Assembly (NCBI RefSeq): GCF_011386835.1
Contig: NC_088793.1
Location: 143,158,001 to 143,222,000 of the forward strand
Source of the DNA: Chrysemys picta bellii
Taxonomy: Eukaryota
DNA: 64,000 bases
Direction of reading: 5' to 3'
A program made the translations under genes and the position numbers. The notes under the pieces were generated by a model. The model ran no database searches. It was not told the DNA's origin and was given only the letters and a program-made list of their open reading frames with translations. Below, one piece after another: positions 49,387 to 62,354 of the stretch (position 1 is the stretch's first letter; each line of letters opens with the position of its first letter).

Positions 49387-51607
49387 CCAAAGGCTTCATG
49401 GAGTCCATCTCTGCTGGAGCACCTTCTGCACTGCTGTAGTTGTGGATTGGCTTAGGCTACAGGAGAGGCAGGGAGGCAAATTATGCTGGTGGATCTGCAG
49501 GCTCATTCACCCACCAAAAAGGGTGCAATAGCTGTGGGGGTTACAGTGGATCTGATAGGGCAGCATTGGGCATGGAGCAACGTAGCTAACACTCTAAAGC
49601 TATGGGAAGGATTTCTTTGCCCCAGACCCTATTGAAGTCCCATTTTCCAAGCTTATGTACTTAGGTTTGGCCCAGGGAATGGTATTTGCCACTAGGAAAG
49701 CACTGAGGACTGAATGGAAAAAGTTAGCCATTCTCAGCAGCTCCAGATTGGTCATGAAGACACACTGGTGTTTCCTTTGTAAAGGAAAACCGGTAGTCTT
49801 ACATTACATCTGGAAAAAGCCCATCAGCATAACCAGTATGGGTGTTCTCTTGGGTACTGGGTGTTCGTGGCAGAGCTACAAGCTTAAGAAAATCCAGTGT
49901 GTAGTGTGTTCACAATGGAGCTGTCTGGAGAGAACATGGGGGAATATTGCATCATCCTCAGCAATAGGGAAGGCAGCAAAGTCATCATCCACACATAATT
50001 ACCATGAACTGTTAACAAGGAAGGCTTTCTAACAGGGCCAGTACTGGATAATGCACCACTTTTCACCATTCCTTGACATACAAGCCTTGCATTGCAAAAC
50101 TATTGCTTCCATATGCCTACAATATTCCCTCCAACTCACCTTTTGCATTGTCTGAAGCAGAATAAAATGAGCAGTACTCCTTTGAGTACTACATGGAAGA
50201 TTTAGCAGCAGATCATAACTCTGCCACAGGTACATGGTAAGCAGTTTCCATGGGATGATGAGCTCTGAGACAAAGGAAGCCAATGATATACTGTAAGTCT
50301 GTTTAGAGACCAAGGGGATATTATTTTCCATAAAATAGTAAAGAGAATAATAAATTCAGCAAAACTAGTTATTATTTATGAGTACCAATAGACCACACAT
50401 TCAAATTAAAGTAATAATTTATTATTTTAGACAACAAAGGAACACGACGGCTTCTTCGTTATTAAGATTTAGATGGTATTCAGTAAAGGAGGGCAAATGG
50501 TTCAGAACCAGTTGCAACAGATAATGATAAAAAGGTGCATCAGTCTCCTACCATTCTGTTATTAAATAGCAATTAGAAAGACATATCTGTATCAAACACA
50601 GAGTTTTTATCATTCTCATGTGTCCCATGTTTATTAACACTTCCATTTGGCTTTCTTTTTGTTTTCCTTGTTTCAGCATGTGTTGTTCTGTTAAAATGTT
50701 GTACTGTCTTTGTGCCTCTTTCACTTTGTGCATTCTCAGTCTTTGGTCTAATGAATATCATTTTTCTTTCTGTCGGCGGCTTTGTTTCTTTCCTCTTCAT
50801 TTCACCAGAAGTCCATGATTATTTGTTAGTCTGAAATACAGTAGTGTATCAATTTACATAACAAAAGCCTTAATCTAAATCATAGTACATTTCAGCATAT
50901 CAATCAGTCTTTGTTCACTGTATCTTTGCATCACTTTTAAAGTATAAAATAAGAATAGAACAGTGATAGATGTTAAAACCAGTTCTAAAGAGAGAGGAGA
51001 ACAAAACTGCAATCTTGATATTTTTTTTAGCTGTGACTATTAAATATGAACAATAATATTAATGAGGTAAGGCTAAGGAATGGATAAAATAATTGGGCTG
51101 GAACAGAATCTGTTCAAACATAATCATAACCTACTATGAAGTCAGTTAAAACACTGGTTGAGTTCTAATGCCTGTGGAAGCCTGTAAGGTTAGGTTCCAG
51201 TGACTTAAAAGGCAACATAGTGTATGTTTTCGAGTGCAATGAGCCACCCCGACAGGATTGCACAGAGCACACAGAAATGAAAGGAGAGGTGTCAGACCAG
51301 AAGAGGTGCAAAATGTTATCAGCAAAGCTAGGGATGCTTTGGGAAACAGAACGCTGGCAATATGTAGAGGGAAGAGGAGTGAAATTGTTGCAGGTCTATA
51401 TAATATCAGGACCTGTGAATTAAGTGGCACAGGGTATAGGATGCCTGGAGTATGATGGGGAAAAACATTACAGATTGTCAGTTAACCAGCAGGTACAAAA
51501 AGAAAAAACTTTCTAAGGCTTTAGAACTTTACTGATTATCCAAACTGAACTTCTGAACTTTGTATCTAGTAGCCATTCTACTTCTCTTGGGCTAGTGTCT
51601 GAACTAA

Positions 51608-51917
51608 GGCTATGTGTACACTTGGAGCTAGGGGTGTGATTCGCAGCTCACGTAGACATACGCTAGCTCTCATTGAACTGGACCACTAAAAATAGTGGTG
51701 TATTGGCAGCAGTGTGCCACGGCACAGGCTAGCTGCTGTGAGTATGTACTCATGGGGTCCAGAGGGTTTGTACTCGGGGCGGTTAGCCCGTGATGCTTCT
51801 CGCTACTTTCCATGGTAGCCATGGTAGCACAGCTGCATGCTAGCTTGATGAGAGCTCGTGCGAATATGTCTCTGAGAGCTGGGAATCCCACGGCTAGTTC
51901 CAAGTGTAGAAATAGCC
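51608..51917. mobile_element. PIF/Harbinger-type MITE (310 bp) with TAA TSD
   Basis: taa|ggctatgtgtacacttgga ... tccaagtgtagaaatagcc|taa. Confidence 0.9.
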
Positions 51918-52295
51918 TAAATATATATCCTTCCATAGGGAAGCCTTCCTCCAGTGCTTTCCCTCATAGATTTTTACTATACCTTGCTCTCTGAATTCCT
52001 ATGGCATCATAACTGTCTATTGTTATGTATACTCATTTTGTATCACAGACACACAGATACCAGGACAACCCAAACCCCATAACAGTTAATGGGGAGTTTT
52101 TCTATTACAATGGTGTTTTGATAAGGCCCATACATAGAAAGGGTTAGATACTATTAATTTTAATGGGAATATCTCTAAGGTTTTGGGGAGGCAAAGGAAA
52201 GCTTTCAGGGATCATGAAACAAATAGTAAAACAAATAAGGGAATGGCAAGTTGAGATGGGACCAAACCAATATTCTGAATCCAAATACTCTGAGT

Positions 52296-52730
52296 TAGAG
52301 ATGGTGAAAAAAAATGGACCGTTTTTCCATCAAAAATGCAGCTTTGTAGAAACTGAAGTGTTTGATGGGAATGGGTCAATTTTGATCAACTTTTCAATGG
52401 GAAAGAGTACAGTTTCATTTTGACAATGTCAAATCACTATGATTCGTTTTGGTTTGACTTTTACTTTTGAAGTATGTATTCCTTAATGCTATGTATGTAC
52501 CCAATATGTATTAATTATATTTAATATTTTAATAGAATATGGAAGTCCAGATGAAATTATCATTGTGATTAAAGTCAAAACAAAACATCACAAATAGATG
52601 CTTTGGGTTTATTTTGAACATTCATTTTGTGGAAAATTACAAAATTTTGATTTGTCATTCCAATTTGGAACTGTTTTTTTAATGTTGGAATTTCCCACAG
52701 AATGGAAGTTCTAGCTCGTGACCAGCTCTA
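52296..52730. mobile_element. hAT-type MITE with an AT-rich interior
   Basis: tagagatggtga ... tgaccagctcta TIRs; TSD eroded. Confidence 0.6.
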
Positions 52731-53160
52731 CTCCCAAAATTTAGACTGAAGTTGAATATCAGAAAGTGAGTCAATCTGTAATAGAAAATCATTTATTTTT
52801 TGTCATAAAATTCCCTGGGAGTCCATCTTCCCTAAACCTCAGAGGACTAGAGGGGGAAAACATAGTATTCAGTTAAAAGAGTAAATCTACCTGCCCTATT
52901 TATACACATATGCGATATTTGTGTCATACTGCTCACATAAAAAATAAACAAACCTGGATTAACAATACCACTTGCCATGGAAGAACTACAGTCCTCATGG
53001 CTAAAGAATCAATTTAGGAAGCTTGTCTGCACTGACCACTGGCTATCCTGCCAGCAGAATCGTTTCAGGGTTGTCTTGTACTCCCTCCATTTATTTGTTA
53101 CATCCACATGATGTCTCATATTGTATGCTTAGATTTTTAGCTCTTTGGGGAAGGAACCCT

Positions 53161-53250
53161 GGGCTCAGGTCCTCAGAGATATTTAAGCTCCTAACTCTCA
53201 TTGATTTCAATGGGAATTAGGTGCCTAAATACCTTTGAAGATCTGGGCCC
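53161..53250. mobile_element. Small palindromic MITE
   Basis: gggctcaggtcctcagag ... ctttgaagatctgggccc with a tcattgatttcaatggga core. Confidence 0.75.
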
Positions 53251-53501
53251 CAATGCCTTACACAATGGGGTTATCTAGGCCTCAATAACTAACTTCTAAG
53301 TTCTACTGCAATACAAGTAAATGGTAAGGTAGGAAGAGTCACCATGCAATGTTGCATAAAATACTGCAGTTTCCCTTAGATTAGGAAATAACAGAGGAAT
53401 CTCAGACATCATGCCAGGGCTGGTAACGGTTGATAAACAATTGACTTTTAAATATGACCACTGCAATTTCTGTTATTTATGCATCCATTTTGTATTTATA
53501 G

Positions 53502-53620
53502 GCATTTATCTGGTGCTCGTGACCATAACATCACTTTTGCAAGATGCTCGTAAAGACAAGAGCAGATGTCTTTGTGTTTCATGTGGAGCTGTTCAACATT
53601 ACCAGGAGTATTCCTACTGG
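53502..53620 (+). other. Exon-like segment; unverified
   Basis: ccattttgtatttatag|GCATT...TACTGG|gtaatt. One frame is open, but the peptide is not recognised. Confidence 0.15.
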
Positions 53621-55824
53621 GTAATTGAGGCTTATAAATGTAATCATCAAGACAGTGGACATATGGTTTACTTTTTGACCTAGGAGGTATATGCCAAAAT
53701 GAATTTGATAGCTCAGCGGCTACAAAATCATTTAGGATGGCCTTTGTGTTTTGAACTGCAGTTAGCATACCGTTTCTTAAAGTAGAGGAACTTTAGTATA
53801 ATCACCTGAGGCACCATATTAAAAGGCAAACTGGCAAAGAGCAAATCTCAGAGTTATAAAAAAGCTGTGTAGATAGGTACAAGACAATCAAAAGGAATAT
53901 AAGTAGCAGTTGGACATTTTAGAATTTTGGTTATGTCTTTAAAAACTATCATAATCTATTCTAACTAGGAAAAGGTTTAGGAGAGGGTATTTCAGAGATG
54001 CAAAGTAGCAGCTCTCTTTATCAAAGAGAGGAATTGTCACTGTATTTAGCCAACATTGATAAACTGACACTATTTTTTTCCAATTCATATAAGTGATCTA
54101 ATAATACTGTTCACTTTAACTAATGTTTGCAAAGTGCTCTGAAGATGAAAATCACTATAACTACTATGTGTTTTTATTATACTAAGTATCTCAAAATGAC
54201 TTACAATATGAATTAATTACCTCTCACAACACCTCTTTGAGATAGGTACATGTATTACAGTATTATACAAAATATTATATGTAGGAAGGGAGAAAAAAAG
54301 AAAGCAGCTTCCTTCCTATTAACTAGGATTAGTTAGATGGAGAGCTAAGGTTCTGATTCTGCAATGAGATCTGTTACTATGGGCCTTTATGCTGTGCAGA
54401 GTCCCACTGACTTCAGTGGGACTCATGCAGATCCTTCTCCCTGTCAGGAGTGCCATTGGAGCCCCTGGGGCTTCACACAGCACATGGGGCTACACTAACC
54501 GATCCCATTGTGGGACTTGGATCTAATCTACAGCTAGCCAGTTAAGAGCACTCATGGGATGCTAGTCAGCAGATGGTGCTATTACAACTACTAGTAGGCT
54601 TTTTCCATTATAAATCCCTGGTGTTAGTATACTTACAGCTTTATGAAAGATTCATATTTGGGGATGATTTCTTTTTTAAATGTTTTAGCACTTTCTGAAA
54701 GTGATCTTTTTTAATTCCAGCAAAATCTCTTCAGACTTCTTTTTTCAATTTCCCAAAGATTCCTTGTATGAATATTGTTTTGCCAAAAGTCAATTATTTT
54801 TAATAAGGGGGCACTTTTTTGTACCCAAGGGCAAGCAACAGCTTGAGAACTTACCACACGCAACTCCACTGCCTCCTGCTCCTTAGATAATGCAACTGAA
54901 ATTCACCCTGAGATAATTAAGGAATTCTTTAATTTTAATGAAAATGTGAGGGCATCACAATTTCTCACTTAAACTCAAGAGCATCTACAGCCAAGATCAT
55001 GTCTAAACAAACCAATGTTTCTCCTCCTCAAAGCATTACTCCTAACTAAACTAACATGAGAATCCTGGGATAGAGAAATGGTGTTGGACCATGGTGTTGT
55101 GTAATTATTCAGCTGCGTTTAAGTTCAACAAGACTGGTGTGGAGGGAGAGTTTCTTTCTTTCTTAATAACTTTATCATGCTATTTTTAGCCAAAACTACA
55201 GGGAAAATAGCAGATGTTTCAAGCTTGGCATAGACATAATCCTCAGGCCTTTCCCGAAGAAAGATGGAGGATGTGGATGGAATGGGGGTGTTGGGTTGAA
55301 GACAAATATCCTTCCCTAGTGTGATATGCTGCCGTAAGTCAAATGAACAGCTGAGTGTGGAGGGAAACTATTGTCAGGCTGTCATAACATGGACTCACAT
55401 TCATACATCATCATGAGGAAGTCAAGAAAAGCATCTCAGATGAGAAAGTCAGTAAGGTCTGTTGTCTGCATCTGCATCACATTCAGGTCATGACTTCAGC
55501 AGGAGCTACTGGAGTTGATGAGTGGTGGTATAGCGTATACAGCTAGCCATCCGTCAAGGGAAAATCCTCTGACCAGTGCATCAGATGGAGTGGTGGGAGG
55601 AGGAATCCTTCCTTAAGGCACAGACAGTTTTATCAACAAAGGGATTTTAGTGTTGCAACGCTGCCCAGTGGTATTCGCAGCTCTGAGTTAAACACCTAGG
55701 CTCCCCATACAATGCATGGGGAGAACCAGAGAGATAAGAAAGGGATTCTCAGAAGACAGCACACTGCGCAGGAGCCACCTAAGCTGGCCAGGAGTGAAAT
55801 GCTGAGGAGAGGGGCAGTGCTTAA

Positions 55825-56667
55825 GGTCTAGATTCACAAAGGTGCCTAACTCCCACTGATCTGTCTGCATGGGATTCTCAGCAGTGAACCTTTCTGGTTC
55901 CCTCCTAAGCCTGGTCACTCCTTTCCCACAAAACATGAGAGCGAGCTATCCCCAGAATAGCCAGTAGCCCAATGGACTGGGAAGTCAACTGGAGTATGGG
56001 AGACCCAGATTCAAATTCCTCCTTGTCTGATTTGGAGCAGCGACTTGAATCCAGGGATCCTAGCTGTTGACTATTCTGGGGTGGATCTCTCTCAAGCTAT
56101 CCTACTGGAGTTGTTCCACTTTGTATAAATATTCATTAAGACAGAGAGAGAGTGAATCTATAGTACAATGGTTAGGGCAGTCACCTGGGATGTGGGAGAT
56201 TTAGGTTCAAATTCCTGTGCTAACAAATATGTAATTTGTGAAAGAGGTCTAACAGGAGAGACCTATGCCATCATATTCAATAACCTGGTGGTCAGGGCAC
56301 TCACCTGTCATGTGTGAGACCAGGGCTTCAGTACCTTTTCCAAATTGGGCAGAGTAGGGATTCAAACCTCAGCTGTTGGGTAGACTAGGGGACCCACACA
56401 CTCTGTCTGAACACAGTTGGGATTGAGACTCTGTTGGTGAGATAAGTGGTGGAATGCCTAGTTTGAGGGTCCCGCCACCACTTTGGAGGATTCTGAGCAT
56501 CTTGTGAGCTAAGGGGCAGCATCAGGACTTTGGGTGGCTTCGTGTGTGCCTACTGGCAGAAAGGTAGATACTTACAGGGTTAGGTGGCAGTTGTGCAGTA
56601 GTACTGAGAATGTCAATGGCCCCTAAATGTTGAAGTTAGGTGCTTAAGTACCTTTGTGGTTCTGCCC
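55825..56667. mobile_element. TIR-bounded element with three or more tRNA-like modules
   Basis: taa|ggtctagattcacaaagg ... cctttgtggttctgccc; modules at about 55960, 56160 and 56280(+), plus a short minus-strand B-box near 56375. Confidence 0.7.
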
Positions 56668-59600
56668 CAGACTGACTGCAGAGCCGCTCCACAAAAAAAT
56701 TCCTCAGCCCAATGGCTGAATAGACTCTGCAGTCCCTTAAGTTCCCCAAGCTTTAGGGAGATAGTGGAAGGACTCAGTGAGTTCTGTGCTCTACAGCGGT
56801 GAAAAACAGCCTCCCACCCTCCATACACACACCTGAACCCTGACCATTGTACACCAACCAAACCACTTCCATTGTGAAGGGAGCCTTCATCACCCTGAAA
56901 CGTGTGGGATTTGGCCTCAGCAGTAGTCAATAACCCTTAGAAGAAAAGCCAATAGAAATGATAACAGATGATATGTGCTCATCTCTGTACAGAAGAGGAA
57001 GTTAATCATGTGATCAGAAGCCAGTCACATGGTCCCATTGAAACTGTCACCTGTTTCATAGCTTTGGCTCATTTGTAACAATAGTTTACCATCTTTAGAG
57101 GCAACATAAATATACATTTTCATGCTGTTAAATACTACATAATTATAGTAATAGTCAAAGTACATTACTCTTTGACTGACTCTTTTATAATAACCTGTTG
57201 AAGCACTCTGTCTAGAACCACCATACACATTTTCAGTCACATTCCTGATTTTGGTTAGTGATTTGGTTCTGTATGCAAGTACAATGATGATATGAACAAA
57301 TAAAAATAACTACATCTCCCAGATGTTTGGGAATAATTCATTTGGCATTCTGATTGTAGCAGACATTTAAGAAAAAGTTCAACAGAATATTACTATTTCT
57401 AGCTTAGTAAGTACAGGTAACTTGAAAGCATGATATTTTGAGGCCATTGTCTGATCCCCAGAGGTCTAATTTTATTATTATTAATTATTATTATTATTTA
57501 TTATAGTTGCAGTAGTCAATAGATTTCACCCACGTTAAGATACCATGATAAATGGAATGTGTAGGAGTAATTCCTCACAAATAAAGCACAAATTGATATT
57601 GTTAAAAAAAGGTTTCCTTTCTGGTGATCTTTAACAGAAATTTGATTTGGGAAATATTTTTAGTACCAGATTTAGACTTTTTTTCTGCAAATGACACATA
57701 TCTAATACTTTCTATACAATGTAATCTAGCTACTGTTATGAATGGAGATTCTTCATTATATGTTTAGTGATTTATTAAATTAATACAATATATACTCAAA
57801 ATAGTTTTATTTTTTTAGATGGCTTTTTACTATTATATCCATAAGACTTAGTTAGCAAAATGGGATAAGCTATGTGTTGATTTTATGTAGCGGAAGGTTA
57901 CATAGTTTTTTAATATTTATTCCATTTATGCTGAGACATATGGGTGGCTATATTCTCCCAGATGTACAGCTTTATTATTTGGTGTCTAATTTAGGATCCT
58001 GTGTTATGACGACATATGGTGATGTGTTGATTCATTCTGTGTAGAACAGAATAGAAGAATATATCATTAAGTGCCATGGTTCAGACCTATCAGCAATTTA
58101 ATATGGGTTAGATTTTTTTTTTCTCAAAGTGTTTCTTCCAGTTTTGGAGACACTCATTTGGAACTCATCTGCTAAAGAGATGTAAAGGATTTATGATTTG
58201 GCCGAGTACGTCCGGCCAATCTATTGTGGAGAAACCTGTACTTCCAGATAGGAGTTCAAACCTTCTAATGTGGGACCCAGGAGAATAATGCAAAATGATA
58301 GAAAGATTTATCCAAAGCTCAAGAAACCAAGATGGCATTTTCCATGTAGATTTAGAAATAGGATGTATCCGGAAAGTATTTTTTCCCTCCTTTTCATTAA
58401 CAAAATATATTTTTTGCAATGATATAGTACATTTAAACTGAAACAGATTATGTCTATGTAGATTATTTGCCTTTTATGCAGGGGATAGAATTTAATTTAC
58501 ATAAATACAAAAAGAAACCCTAAAACTGTTTAAAACCCTAAAACTGACACAGCCAGTCAACAAAAGTTGGAAATGCAAAAAAGTTAGTTTGATCAGTGAT
58601 GTTAACTTGGGCTCTTCGCCAATATGTGGGACCACACTGTGAATCCCTTACATGCACTGAGCACTTACTCACCTGACTAGTCTGACTGATGTCAGGGGGC
58701 TACTTATATGAGTAACTGCTCAACAGTGTCTGGCCTTGTATCACTTATGATTTAAATTATACAGTGTGACCCATAATATCAAACTACATACTGAGCACCA
58801 AATCCTGCTCAGCTTACTCAAGTGAGTAGTCTTGTTAAGTTTTGTAGGATTATTTGTCCCAATAAGGACTACTCACATGAGTAGGATTGAGCACTGAATG
58901 CATTATTAGTGCAAGGTATTTTTGTGTCCGATACACTGCCCATTGAAGTCAATGAAAGCCTTTCCATTGTTTTCAATGACATTGAATCAGGCCTTTATGG
59001 GGAAAAGTGACTGATTGCATGAAGATGGGACCAGAATAAGATACCGAGTAGTTGTAACTCCAGGTCTTTGTATCCTGGGTTATAAAGAACTTCCGCCCAT
59101 TACATTTGGGTCAAAAGGGGAGAGAATTGTGGTTTTTAGTTTCATTGCTCTGAAATAGGTACAGGATTTGCCCCATAACAAATTCAGGCTTAGTCAATAT
59201 CGCTTGGAAGAAAGGGCCGCAGAACTGAGAACAGGTGATCTGTATCTCTTATGAGCTAGCAGTGGTGGACTTTCTTCTAGGAACATTTGGATTTTGAACA
59301 ATGCTTCAGATAGCAGCAAACATCTATTTGAAAATTTACTTCAATTTAGATCTGAATTTAATAGAATTGCACTGACCTTTCAATCCCTCCCCTGTTTATA
59401 TTTTTAATGTAACAGTTGGTAGAGTATTGGCCCTTCTAATTGAGTCTAGAAGCTATTCTATAGGCCCCAGCTCTGCACAGGTGAACCCCTATGTGGAGCC
59501 CCACTGAAGTGAAGGGGGCTCTGTGCTGGGAATCCAGGACCAGGATTTTATTTTGTACTTTGGATTTATTAGACTACATTCTGTCCCCCGTCCTCCCCCA

Positions 59601-60442
59601 AAAAGTCTTAATTAAGATAGACCTTTTAGGAAAACAGAATTCACTGTTCAAAGCTAGGACAGCAATAGGCTGCCTTTATTATGAAATAGACAGTATAACA
59701 TAATTACTATATTTTAGTACAACGGTACATTAAAAACCTGATGTGAAGCTCTTAAAGTCAATCAAGAGACTCCTCCTGCCTCCAACAGGCTTTGGGTTAA
59801 GAGGAAATAATGCACTTCATCAAAACATGGGGGTAACATTTACCCTGTTATTTGTAGTTCATCATTTGCTTTCTCTAAAACCAGAGCAACTCCTAGAGAG
59901 CCGTGCCCCTGTCAAGAGTGTGGGTGCATCTGAATATGATTCTCTCCCTTTTTTCTTGTTGCTCATTGAATCCCTTTTTCTCCTTGTCATTCATTCTTTG
60001 GAGAAAAGCATGGCCATTGACCCTGCTTCCATCTTTCTTACCCAGGACAAGTGTTTGAGAAGAAATACCTCATCACTGAAGCTTCTTTTCAGCTGATACT
60101 CATTGTTGTCCATACACGTAGATGCTACTAAATAAGCTAGCCAGGTGGCTCCTTAAGGAAGTCTGCTCATGATCCATACTGAAGTAAGAATCAGAAGCAA
60201 TCCAGATGGAGATTATATCAGAGTGCACCACAGATGCTGTTTTAGGTTAGAAACTCAGATGGGATAGAGTTCTTCTTTCTGTGGTACTAACAATGGTGTT
60301 CAAGTGCATCTCATGGGGTTGGAGCCTCTCTCAAGGGCAGAGAGTACTAGAGAGAGTGTGGTTCTGCAGGGGACTTTTTGAAGAGCTTAATTTAGGGAGA
60401 AAGACAAGAGGTTCAGATTTTGTTACTGATCTTTGAGTAGTC

Positions 60443-60752
60443 CAGGGGTCAGTAACCTTTCAGAAGTGGTGTGCCGAGGCTTCATTTATTCACTCTAATT
60501 TAAGGTTTCGCATGCCAGTAATACATTTTAACATTTTTAGAAGGTCTCTTTCTACAAGTCTATAATATATAACTAAACTATTGTTGTATGTAAAGTAAAT
60601 AAGGTTTTTAAAATGTTTAAGAAGCTTCATTTAAAATTAAATTAAAATTCAGAGCCCCCAGAGGGGTGGCCAGGACCCAGGCAGTGTAAGTGACATTGAA
60701 AATCAGCTTGCATGCCGCCTTTGGCACGCGTGCCGTAGGTTACCTACCCCTG
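60443..60752. mobile_element. hAT MITE (310 bp) with 8-bp TSD
   Basis: gagtagtc|caggggtcagtaacct ... aggttacctacccctg|aagtagtc (7/8 TSD match). Confidence 0.9.
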
Positions 60753-61558
60753 AAGTAGTCAAAGCTCAGTGATGGTGTAAATTTGAATTAAATGCTGTAT
60801 CTGGAGTATTCGCGCCCTGCCCTCCCCCCCCCCCATCCCCACCGCAGGAGATTTCTGTCCAAAAATCTGGCAGATCTGCAAAATACTGTGCCACAGAACA
60901 TGGCCAAATTCACTAACCTGGATCACCTGTTTGGGGGCATCTGGGACCTCTTAAGTGTGTGCATGTGTGTAACAGTGCCACTCATACTTCCATGCAGACA
61001 ATTAGAGACCAGTGCATAGAGGATCCCTTTTGTATGTGTATAGAGAGACTACATAGCTGTCTTATGTCTGATTATGAAGGCTACTACTACAGAAAACATA
61101 TCAGTGAGTGCTACCGTAGGTAACAGAAATAAGCAGATAATGCTGACAGTAACTGTAAAAGCTGCAAAAACATACTGATTCCTAATATGTGCTCTTGTGC
61201 AATAGAGTGAAACATGCTGCTGCAGTAATAGGAAGGACTCCGTTTGCACAGCTACAAGTAAAAGGGATTCCAATCTACTCTGCACAAGGAATGAGACAAA
61301 CGCAATCAGAGTTGTTTTCCTGTTGCAGAAAATGGTAGGAACTCAATCTGATCAGATTCACATTTAGAGTAAAAATATACCAAGCACGCACACTTTAAAA
61401 TGATGTTGCGGTTAGGTTTGTTCATTCAAAAATGAAGACTGGATGAAAACCAGACTTGTTGCTCTTTCAGCGCCCAGTCCCCAGCTAATTGCCACAAGCC
61501 CTTTTTCTGTTATCTTTTCGTGAGTAAGTGGTGATCATGCTCCCTCTGCTTTCTACAG

Positions 61559-61692
61559 GCATCTTCTGAACAACATTAGCTATCCCATGCAGGGGCACTT
61601 CAACTTTACTATGGCTTTGTTACTAAGGCAACGGGTTGTGTACAGCGGGGAGCAGCCATATTTGTTCATCATTTCACACTCATGCTGCCAAG
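61559..61692 (+). other. Exon-like segment; unverified
   Basis: ccctctgctttctacag|GCATC...GCCAAG|gtaatc. One frame is open (HLLNNISYPMQGHFNF...), but the peptide is not recognised. Confidence 0.2.
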
Positions 61693-62354
61693 GTAATCTT
61701 TAAAATGACATTTTTTTTTAATCACAAAGGGCCAGATCCATAAGGGGCGATGTCAAACTGCATCAGCATCAAAAAATCTCAAGAACTCTTATCATGGATT
61801 TGGAAAACAAAACAACTGTGCAGTAGTCAATACAGCCATGTTTGATCTGTGCCATTGTGAGGTAGTGAGGGAATTCTCTTTGCCTGTAAATACTGTGGCA
61901 GATTTCTTTTAATTAATCCAGTGTTGTATGACTCCCCTACTGTGCTTTGTTGAGGACAAGGGAACTAAAACAAGATCTTCCTATTACATTGCAGGGAACT
62001 GGTGCTGTGGTGAGCATCTCCCCCGCTCCCTTTTGCCATCAGTTGCTGCTATTCTGAGACATGCAGAGTGGGATTTTTTTTAGCCCGTTATTAGCTATTC
62101 CTGCAATTATTTAAATTATCCCAATAAATATCCTGTGTTTGCTGTGCTACTGTACATAATTTACTGATCTTTTGTGCTATCTTCTTTCTAGGGACCTGGC
62201 GTTGACCATTATAATCTTGCCTGAGCCCTGAGATAATTGAGTAGACATTAATGTGGTTGTCAGTATTAATATTAATTACATCCAACAAACGACATTAAAA
62301 GGCTGTGCACTGAATGAGGCTCAGGTCCCATGGAACAAATAGTATGTGATCATA

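Noticed and set aside
49655-50331. 125-aa plus ORF and 100-aa minus ORF; considered as DIRS, retroviral or Harbinger remnants
   Set aside because: Only 4-5 residue coincidences (for example FATRK and DPIEVP) and no catalytic motif; the other frames have stops at random spacing.
50548-50831. Purine-rich minus-strand stretch with an acceptor and a K/R/T-rich 75-aa ORF
   Set aside because: All three frames hit a stop soon after the acceptor. The ORF is explained by the T/C-rich composition of the plus strand.
55000-55620. Possible ancient LINE fragment (also 39100-39500 and 10480-10900)
   Set aside because: I could not identify an RT or endonuclease motif by eye, so it is left unannotated.
59743-60096. 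117-aa hydrophobic ORF
   Set aside because: It has a GTG start, no splice context and no recognisable family; the hydrophobicity follows from T-rich sequence.
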